64,000 bases of DNA from positions 1 to 64,000 of the IMG/VR virus record IMGVR_UViG_3300020577_005688; one strand, given 5' to 3'. The position numbers and the translations under genes are program-made. Each line of letters starts with the position of its first letter. Within the stretch, counting starts at the first letter, position 1. Positions 58,601 to 64,000 of the stretch are shown one piece after another. Origin of the DNA: a virus. Its lineage: Duplodnaviria; Caudoviricetes. The notes under the pieces are model-generated. The model was not told where the DNA came from and ran no database searches. It saw only the letters and a program-made list of their open reading frames with translations.

Positions 58601-59969
58601 CCCATCGAACTTGGTCTGGAAGGACTGCTGTGACGTCATGGAACTTAGGAGCTGTCATGTACTGAATTCGATTGCCCTTCAAATCGAACACAGGCGTCTC
58701 AAGTTCCTTGCCGTTCTTTCGAGCACCCATGCCGAGGTGGAGCGTGATGCCGGTCCTCTCAGATTCCGGGGTGTGCATCGGATCCAGGAATCCAAAGTGG
58801 CTTGAGTTTACGACTCTCATTTCGTCGGTCAGGGAGTGGTCCTTCTTGATACCTCCCAAGTCCGAAGCCATCAGGGTGGTCTTCCTGTGGCCCGACATCA
58901 TCTGGATTGGATTGGTCTGGTCCGGTCGTTCAGTGAGAGAACCTCCCTTCGTAAAGAACTCACGAATTGGCCGGGCAAACAGATCGGCTGAAATGACCTC
59001 GGATACGGAGGTCTTCTCCTTCAGGTCAATCGTGTTCTTTAGCTTCCCTTTGATTGTCTTTGAGGCGCGTTCAATCTTCTCTGGAAGGAAGTCCTCGACT
59101 GATACAATCTCCTTGAAGGCAAGAGAGTCACGGTCATCTGGCTGAAGCGTTCCTCTTGAGACGCCGAGAATCTTGTTGGCAGCAATCTGAAGGACCTGTC
59201 CGTCAACCTTGGTTGCCTCTCTTCCGAGGGTAATCTTCGTCGTGTCTGGGCGGAGGACGGTCTTGTCAAAGAAGTCGTAGACGTACTTCCCGTAGCCCGC
59301 AACATCTGTGGGTTCCGGAACGTTCTCAAAAGAGGTCTTCTTGAAGAACGTTTGAAGTGTCTTGAGAGTCTTCTCTTCATTCTTGGGCTTGTTCGCAAGG
59401 AAGATCTCCTTGCCCCAATCCTTCTCCATCTGGTCATCTGAAACGCCCATCGACTTCAGAATGGGGTAGAGCGGAATGTGAGCTTGACCCTTCTTCAGGA
59501 AGAAGCGCTTCTTCTCTCGTTCGAGCTTGATGGAGAAACGATTACCAGCGGGGCCTCGAACGAGGTTGAACTCAGATTCGAGATCTCCGTTGTCTTGGAT
59601 TCGAGCGTAGACGCCAGACTTCAAACGAAACAAATGGTCGACCTGATACTCATTTCCATCGACAATGAATCCAAATCGATTGGTGAGTTTTGGAAGACGA
59701 GCCAACGTCATTGTCTTCGAATCGACGACCTTGCCTGTGGCCTTGTCGATGAGAGAGACGTTTGCCTTGACTGGAACACCCCAGGTGCGATCCAGGTCTT
59801 TCGCCTGTGCCTGAGATTGGATGTCTTCTGGATTCAGCTTGTCGTCGACCCAGACTTTATCCAGCTGTAGCCGACGAGACTTACCCTCATAGGGAAAGTA
59901 AGCAGAGATTGAAGAGACGATGTTGTTCTTCAAAACATCGAAGGAACCTTCGGGAGTCAGGTTTTCCAC
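52629..59969 (-). CDS. rpoBC: Fused beta-beta' multisubunit DNA-directed RNA polymerase (intein-containing)
   Basis: Beta motifs TPE, GYNYEDGI and GDKLSGRHGNKG; beta' motifs RDPALH, NADFDGD, SGARG, HGARKG and FHTGG, all in one ORF; GTG start after GAGG. Confidence 0.95.
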   Translation of the reverse strand: MENLTPEGSFDVLKNNIVSSISAYFPYEGKSRRLQLDKVWVDDKLNPEDIQSQAQAKDLDRTWGVPVKANVSLIDKATGKVVDSKTMTLARLPKLTNRFGFIVDGNEYQVDHLFRLKSGVYARIQDNGDLESEFNLVRGPAGNRFSIKLEREKKRFFLKKGQAHIPLYPILKSMGVSDDQMEKDWGKEIFLANKPKNEEKTLKTLQTFFKKTSFENVPEPTDVAGYGKYVYDFFDKTVLRPDTTKITLGREATKVDGQVLQIAANKILGVSRGTLQPDDRDSLAFKEIVSVEDFLPEKIERASKTIKGKLKNTIDLKEKTSVSEVISADLFARPIREFFTKGGSLTERPDQTNPIQMMSGHRKTTLMASDLGGIKKDHSLTDEMRVVNSSHFGFLDPMHTPESERTGITLHLGMGARKNGKELETPVFDLKGNRIQYMTAPKFHDVTAVLPDQVRWVKGKPVPISNMVKVKLPGGSIEVRPFSEAGFVMPSSKGMFDMASNLIPFLPSNQGNRVSMADKQMEQAISLKYREAPLVQSKTDHADPSMTFEKVLGGFSSHRAPISGTVKTVKDDHIVINDGKKNHQVHLYNHFPLNDPKGMMHSEAVVKVGDKVSQGQVIADSNFTKGGALALGSNLRVGYIPYKGYNYEDGIVISETASKKLSSEHLHKKSVEFDPDNDVISKNKFVAFAATRSNQLTKEQLGMLDDDGIIRVGSKVNPGQVLIAAVGKNLASRQGSALAALGKRAFQPYKDKSLVWDEDHQGEVVKIVKDPSGRGAKVYVKTVEPVVIGDKLSGRHGNKGIVTMILPDHEMPFTKDEKGEKRPLEVLLNPTGVPTRINVGQVLETAAGKIAEKTGKTYIVNNFEGPNSDNREKVLQELKKHGISDEESVFDPMNPSKVLGSVLVGPQHLLKLKHQVEKKLTVRGGGTDINGRPLTYDIDRAPTKGGERGGQGIGALDLYSLLAHNARHNIREMATYKSDMQDSTFWNMIQEGYEPPPPKAPFSYQKFVGLLNGLGVNVEKKGSILQLTPLTDKKVVEMAGGARGEITKGHLLLRAKDLKEEKGGLFDPVATGGLSGSKWGFIKLTEPIPNPIFVGSNHRPGPIPSLLGMKMKEFESVMNGETKLHGKTGGEAVLEALKKVDVKAEIKTLKERLPILTGADLDRANKKMKYLLAVDEAGLKPHEAYIMKYVPVLPPAFRPATVTPKGDLQTSSLNGLYKNIAILNNKLVEADPKVFPEQVRMPLRSQLYESVKALQSVGGSVGYDMDSPAGAKRALKGILDIIGGGDGEQPKDAYFQSRLVKRRQNLSIRSTIVPEPRLGIDEVGIPKGAAMELYKPFVVAELGKTGFKPLEAQQEMRKGSKSAFDALERVVRDRPLLLKRDPALHKFSVMAFTPKLIEGKAIQIHPLVTGGYNADFDGDSIDLDTPIPLRFSGAVQQVTGRRLIEVLGAGDGNWVSAVKNIEAYTYNGWRPIKNISFHKVENKKKFRVTLKNGLSFIASEDHSLMVGRREMKPGDMKIGTELDHQRIEPSFSSETYSYENGVIFGNFLGDGSAEVRPPPQGGGRISIACKPVIEREYLIGLWKREFNVHVTDSHHGYFQISDVGLARQFLAFCGRYCTGKAVMGPLMYRGEEFLKGMLAGYIQSDGSVEVTRSGSWLVRTWSKSKTLRDDMALIANMLGLPFSVRDRDHACGPCYILSFGKEAIKLLDYRIPGKKGDLLRQAREEYETMRKDSRSSQSARGFEVKTIEEVPYDDRMIDIEVDDESHVFAVFGGVIVHNTMAGTVPLTREAVEEAKKMFPSKNLFSPTTGAVMYAPTQDSMLGLHLISRWGEKTSKSFQTPLELNKAVDRGEVKPTDVVKIGGKETTFGRLLLESRMPRDFHLNKDILHNPLWTIDKKSLNSQIITPLAKNHTRDFASVVDQLKDLGNEWAYKLGFSFGLKDLATLPQRHKILGDAQKQVTAIKNTVKDKDEQNKRIIDIYQKATEQLEHAAKLPAGQNRLADMVVSGARGKAEQLRQMIAAPMLVQDSQNNIIPTPILKNYAEGLDIGDYWLAQHGARKGTLQRVLGTSEPGVVSKDIINSTIATIVSSPDCKTSHGVLMDVVHKDIHDRFLSKSYRLKEGDEIKAGTLVTPEVVNRLKNSKIDKVLVRSPLKCQHGEGICAKCFGLNESGKLHDVGTNIGVLAGQALSEPAVQMAMDAFHTGGVATGRGAMSVDRLTRLRNALNMPAKLKNSATLARTSGKITNIKRDSVGGVDIFIGDERHFVPKDLVNTDLKVGDEVKKGTPVSHGFINPHHLLPLTDMHTVQNHLTNEMYGGLYEKEGVRKRNVEVVVRALTNLTKVKDPGTSDFLHGDIVPTSIVDEHNRGLPKDKRPITHEPILKSISQLPLTGTSDWMARLNYRELHSTLQQAASQGWKSDIHGKHPIPGVAFGAEFGKGHPSKPKGHY
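54636..55712 (-). mobile_element. Intein (359 aa) with LAGLIDADG homing endonuclease
   Basis: Starts with Ser right after NADFDGD; SEDH block B; FLGDGS and AGYIQSDGS LAGLIDADG motifs; ends HN followed by Thr. Confidence 0.92.
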
Positions 59970-60108
59970 GTCTTCCTCTTTCGGCCACACTGCGGAGTGG
60001 TTTATGGCGTACCCGGCTCTACCCCACCGCAGAGAGGGTCATCGAGCCTTAGCATCCCACATTACATGCTTCTCGAAAGGAAGGTCAACAAAGTCGACGA
60101 AGTGTCGG

Positions 60109-60116
60109 GGTATAAG
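60109..60116 (+). promoter_or_regulatory. GGYATAAG motif (putative phage promoter)
   Basis: GGTATAAG upstream of the + strand Zn-finger cluster. Confidence 0.55.
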
Positions 60117-60360
60117 AATTTGTCAGCATCACGCTGGCCTTCAAAGCCGGAGGAGTTGATTGGGGGAGAAGTCTCAGCTCCAAATGTTCCAGGAAGACCT
60201 GACAAATTCGATTCTTGGTCAGATTCTTTACTGGTTAGAGAAAGAAAAACCCAAAAAGAAGAAAGGGAACGTCAAGTGTTGAGGCTGTTCTTCGCTGCGT
60301 TCACTCTGAGTTTCATCATGTACCTCAATTCAAGATTTCAAATAGCTCTGAGTGGTCTCA

Positions 60361-60756
60361 ATGAGCGACGAGAGTGAATTCAGGACAGCCTTTTGCCCCC
60401 TCCTCTTCGAAGCAAATGGAGGGGCTGCCAGCAGCGCCGTGATGAACGTTGTGGGAAAGTGCAACAAACCCTACGACTGCCTTGAATGTCCTCTGATGCA
60501 AGAGTGGATCAAACACCTCTCTGCTCAGGGATTTACGATGGAGTGGGAGTGTGACCAGTGCATCAAAAACTCATTCACACTCGATCTCGATAACCACGTC
60601 GAGAGAGCGGTCCCAGGGTTCTTCCAAGGAAGTCGGTTCAGAGGATTCCCAGACTCCTACGAACTGAGCGACCCAGGACGTGTTCTCGATGGATGTACGA
60701 CCTGCGGATTTGGATCTCCAATTCTTCAACTCGTCATCCGGAGAGTCTCAAAGTGA
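60361..60756 (+). CDS. Cys-rich hypothetical protein
   Basis: Several CxxC pairs; coupled to the next ORF. Confidence 0.7.
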   Translation: MSDESEFRTAFCPLLFEANGGAASSAVMNVVGKCNKPYDCLECPLMQEWIKHLSAQGFTMEWECDQCIKNSFTLDLDNHVERAVPGFFQGSRFRGFPDSYELSDPGRVLDGCTTCGFGSPILQLVIRRVSK

Positions 60757-60980
60757 CTCTGTCTTGCTGCGTATGCGGTCGGGACTTCACTGATGAAGAC
60801 CTCATCATCAGGCTCACAGCTTACAGACACGTCATCACAGAGGATGATGGGCTGGGGTTCAAATTGATGAGGTCCAAATTCGAAGACCAGACCGAGGAAA
60901 GGTTCTCACACATGTCATGTGCCGCACAGGAAGGTTCGATGTTCCTGATTGGGGCGGGCGGAGATATGGAAGATGTTTAA
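60753..60980 (+). CDS. Small CxxC...HxxC Zn-finger protein
   Basis: GTGA overlap; CCVC and HMSC. Confidence 0.6.
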   Translation: MTLSCCVCGRDFTDEDLIIRLTAYRHVITEDDGLGFKLMRSKFEDQTEERFSHMSCAAQEGSMFLIGAGGDMEDV

Positions 60981-61374
60981 GTACGATGACTCACTCCGTC
61001 AGATGACGTTCCAACAACCCGAACCCCAAGAACAACAACCAGAGTACAAGCCTCCGAGTGCAAAGGTCTGTCCTTGGTGTAGTAAGCCAATCTGGCTAGG
61101 GGATCGAGCAGTAACGATCGACCACGGAATCCTCGGCCGAGGGAAGAAAAGTGGTCAGCCGGTTGTTGTCGAAGACCGACTGACTTCCGGAGAAGCAACA
61201 CTCCACGAGCTCTGCTCCATTGCGTGGCTCTCGACAAATGTCGTCGATTCAAGCGACGAAGTCGAAGGAGTCATCGACACTATTACAGCCGACATCTTCG
61301 GCATCTCATACTCAGAGCTGGCATCAGAGGAAACCCTCTGTGCAGTGTGTGAGGAAAAGATCGATGGGGATTGA
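60973..61374 (+). CDS. CxxC...HxxC Zn-finger protein
   Basis: CPWC, HELC and CAVC. Confidence 0.7.
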   Translation: MFKYDDSLRQMTFQQPEPQEQQPEYKPPSAKVCPWCSKPIWLGDRAVTIDHGILGRGKKSGQPVVVEDRLTSGEATLHELCSIAWLSTNVVDSSDEVEGVIDTITADIFGISYSELASEETLCAVCEEKIDGD

Positions 61375-61591
61375 CCTCAGGGAACCAATCTCCAGAGAAG
61401 AGATGGAGAGGTTTGCCGAAGACACCATGGCTTTGTGGAGGACTCAGTACATGCTCTTCCTCAAGGCCCAGGCTCAAGGAGCTCCACAAGGACTCATTGT
61501 GGAGATGGCGGATGTGTCAGAGCTCTTCAGACAGACGCACGAGAGACTCAAGAACTTGGTGCAGTTCTTTCCGTCAGAGAACGACTCGTAG
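61364..61591 (+). CDS. Hypothetical protein
   Basis: GAGG RBS; hairpin plus T-run after the stop. Confidence 0.65.
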   Translation: MGIDLREPISREEMERFAEDTMALWRTQYMLFLKAQAQGAPQGLIVEMADVSELFRQTHERLKNLVQFFPSENDS

Positions 61592-61609
61592 TTTGAGTCG
61601 TTTTTTAGC

Positions 61610-62200
61610 TTACAGAATTCCCAACTCAGCCATCATGGCGTGGGCAATTGCCTGAGGAGGGTCTCCAGCATAGACCTGGAACACTCTATGAGTCAGCTCG
61701 TGCTTGAGAGCCGTTTTGTTCAAGTCAGAGTTCCATCCAACTTGAATGAACATTCCATCCTGAAGCCCGGCAACAAACTGCTCGACCTTTCCGGGTCGTG
61801 TATCCAGAGACCACTTCTCTTCTCGAAACAGAATGGCACACCCCTGAAGAGATTTAATTGCGTCTGGAAAACCTGCAGCGAGGATGGCCAAGAGCTCGGT
61901 CAACTGTTCTTGAAACTCCTCAGGCTTCACTGCGAACTTTTCAGAGGTCCACCCAACAACGACTCCATCGCAGATGAACTTGTACTGTTGAAACAGTTTC
62001 CTTCTCTGAAGGAACATCAATCCAGTGAGTGAGAAGAACCCAGCAACAACTGCCCACAGGATAATCCAACCTGGAAGAGGGATTGGGGTATCTTGTGGAG
62101 TCAGATGAGCTCCAATAGCACTGGCAAGAGCGGCGAAACTGATTCCAATTGGAAGCAGGTCACTCCAAACAAACACCCTCACCTTGACTGGAGAAATCAC
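61610..62200 (-). CDS. Membrane-anchored HExxH metallopeptidase-like protein
   Basis: Two N-terminal hydrophobic helices; LKHELTH. Confidence 0.65.
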   Translation of the reverse strand: MISPVKVRVFVWSDLLPIGISFAALASAIGAHLTPQDTPIPLPGWIILWAVVAGFFSLTGLMFLQRRKLFQQYKFICDGVVVGWTSEKFAVKPEEFQEQLTELLAILAAGFPDAIKSLQGCAILFREEKWSLDTRPGKVEQFVAGLQDGMFIQVGWNSDLNKTALKHELTHRVFQVYAGDPPQAIAHAMMAELGIL

Positions 62201-64000
62201 TTAGACACCCGTTGAGGAAGGACGACGAGTTGGTTTGAGAGTCGGCTGAGGACTCTGCACTGGATTAAGTGGGTTCTCCTGCGAGCCCTTCTCTGACTCA
62301 ATGATTTGAAGGACAAGACTGTAGAGCTGAGGGCTCGTCATCTGCATTCGGTTCATCTCAGCCATTCGGGTGCCTTCGTCCATCTTCTGAAGAGTCGTTG
62401 CTGCTCGACGGGCGAGATACAGAACGTTCATTCCTCCACCTCCCTGAGTGGAGGCGTTCAGAGGACTCATCAGAGTAGACGGGATTCCCTCAGCAGGAGC
62501 TTGTTGAGCGTTCTCGGCAGAGACGGTTGCACCCTGAGGCATTCCTGGATCGACTTGCTGTCCATCCATCATCTCACCCTCAGGACCAGTGGGAGCTCCT
62601 GTTCCTGGGCCCTCTTGACCGGGGATTGGTGCCTCTGGAGGCGGAGGTGCCCCTGGAGGAGCTCCTCCTGCAACGCCTGCCCCTCCTTGAGCTGCAACTG
62701 CTTCCTGGGGTGCCCCAGGTGCTCCGCCTTGGAGAGCTTGAGAGACCATCTCAGTTGCCATCTTCTGATAGCGAGCCTGCACCATCTGCATCTCGCCCTG
62801 AATGGTCGCCTGAGCAACTTGCATCTTGCGATTGAGTTCAATCTGTCTATCGAGCTCACCCTTGATACGGGCATCCTCAGTAGCCGGGTCGAAGTCAACT
62901 TCCTGGAGCAGCGTCTGATTCGAAATCTTCTGTCCCTGATTGAGCTGGAAGAAGAACGCAGAACGTTGCAGGTCGTCTGCCATCTTGAATCGACGCATGT
63001 GCGCCTGAACTGCAGGCCACCCCATGAATGCAGCGATGCGCTTGATTGTGAACTGATTCAACATCAAGTCATGGTCTGTCCGATACCCAAGGAACATGTT
63101 CTCCAGCATCCTCATGGAGACGTTGCTTCCTGAGTACTGCATGCCACCAAAGACGAACTCCTGAGGCACCCCCATTCCAGCCACGATTTGCTTCGACCAG
63201 ACTTCCATCTCCTGGTGAAGCATCAAGGCTCGGCCGTCCCCGCCGATGGTCTGACTTCCGATTGGAAGAGGAAGAATCGGAATGTAGTTAGGGTCGTACT
63301 TCCACTTCGCTACTTCACCTTCAATGCGACTCTTCCACGAGTCGAGAGAAATTGTCGTGTATGGGTCCGAAGAGCTACTGTTTCCTTGAGGGAAGAGAAC
63401 TCGCATCGGAATGATGTGTTCTTGCGCAATTGCCTCCTGCGCCTTCCTCAAGATTTGAAGATAGAACGTGTCCTTCAAGACAGGCATGATCAGAGGCATT
63501 CCCCAGCCAGAATCCTTCTGACTGATGATTGGCCTTCTGAAGACGAAAATGTTGTCGTCTGCGAAGCGAACATACTTCCCGCGCTTCATTGCCTCGATGA
63601 AAGTGTCTGGGATGGTATCGAGAACGCTCTTCTTCCCAAGCACCACATCGTTGCGAACCTGGAGAGGGAGCTCGAACGTGTAGACCGGCTTCGCGCCTGC
63701 AAATGCAGGGTCCACGTTCACATACTCAGGATTCCATCTCATCAAACGAATGCCGTTCAAGTCTCTCTTGTAGAAATCTTGAACCTTCGCTGGTCCGACA
63801 GTGCGGCACTTCGGACACTCGATGATGTAGTCGAGGTTCCTCCACTTGTAGTGGGTCTTCGTTGCCTTTTCTTTGTGCTTACAGTTCTGGCAGATGAGGA
63901 ACTTGTCGAATGGAAAATGAATCGTGACGAAGCAGATTCCATACGTGTAGTAATCGAGACCAATCTCAATCTGAAACGGGCGGTACCGAAGAACTCCGCC
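62201..64000 (-). CDS. Portal protein (5'-truncated by the window edge)
   Basis: Frame open to base 64000; DYYTYG.CF, GWGMP and AGMGVP portal-like motifs; Pro/Gly/Gln-rich C-terminus. Confidence 0.8.
   Translation of the reverse strand, partial: GGVLRYRPFQIEIGLDYYTYGICFVTIHFPFDKFLICQNCKHKEKATKTHYKWRNLDYIIECPKCRTVGPAKVQDFYKRDLNGIRLMRWNPEYVNVDPAFAGAKPVYTFELPLQVRNDVVLGKKSVLDTIPDTFIEAMKRGKYVRFADDNIFVFRRPIISQKDSGWGMPLIMPVLKDTFYLQILRKAQEAIAQEHIIPMRVLFPQGNSSSSDPYTTISLDSWKSRIEGEVAKWKYDPNYIPILPLPIGSQTIGGDGRALMLHQEMEVWSKQIVAGMGVPQEFVFGGMQYSGSNVSMRMLENMFLGYRTDHDLMLNQFTIKRIAAFMGWPAVQAHMRRFKMADDLQRSAFFFQLNQGQKISNQTLLQEVDFDPATEDARIKGELDRQIELNRKMQVAQATIQGEMQMVQARYQKMATEMVSQALQGGAPGAPQEAVAAQGGAGVAGGAPPGAPPPPEAPIPGQEGPGTGAPTGPEGEMMDGQQVDPGMPQGATVSAENAQQAPAEGIPSTLMSPLNASTQGGGGMNVLYLARRAATTLQKMDEGTRMAEMNRMQMTSPQLYSLVLQIIESEKGSQENPLNPVQSPQPTLKPTRRPSSTGV

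Noticed and set aside
10443-59870. Many long + strand ORFs opposite structural and RNAP genes (e.g. 14428-15195, 36225-37118)
   Set aside because: Antisense shadows of codon-biased genes with no motifs or RBS.
59997-60377. 126-aa ORF upstream of the Zn-finger cluster
   Set aside because: The start is unclear and the promoter motif lies inside it; a shorter membrane peptide is possible but unsupported.
63757-63969. Separate 70-aa ORF suggesting a split portal
   Set aside because: The portal frame is open continuously to base 64000; this ORF is in another frame.
1-64000. Alternative genetic code, or a bacterial rpoBC locus/prophage boundary
   Set aside because: Long genes are intact in the standard code. 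No ribosomal-protein context, integrase or host housekeeping synteny is present.

Overview
This 64-kb window is part of a large tailed (myovirus-type) bacteriophage genome, read in the standard genetic code. All assignments come from motif recognition by eye; no searches were run. The minus strand carries a long virion-morphogenesis region: partial portal, baseplate spike, large terminase, prohead protease, scaffold/core proteins, major capsid protein, neck proteins, adhesin/fibre-like proteins, a 1217-aa tail sheath and a probable tube. Within it is one ~2450-aa ORF encoding a fused beta+beta' multisubunit RNA polymerase. A LAGLIDADG intein sits directly after its catalytic NADFDGD motif. This architecture recalls the multimeric-RNAP-encoding Caudovirales ('mReC') lineage. 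The plus strand carries short accessory cassettes: SF2 helicase, collagen lipoprotein, cold-shock protein, two EndoVII nucleases, RNase HII, and HTH, RHH and Zn-finger proteins. Many are preceded by a shared GG(C/T)ATAAG motif, a candidate phage promoter. Three observations stand out. (1) A K-x-(A/S) motif recurs dozens of times in head proteins. An extended F/L-x-D-E-L-x-K-I-A form leads several small basic Gly/Ala-zipper proteins, and a variant ends a J-domain protein. This suggests a protease-processed capsid cargo system. (2) A promoter- and terminator-bounded rod-shaped non-coding RNA candidate has an anti-Shine-Dalgarno loop. (3) The RNAP lacks the beta' N-terminal zinc-binding domain and has an altered trigger loop.
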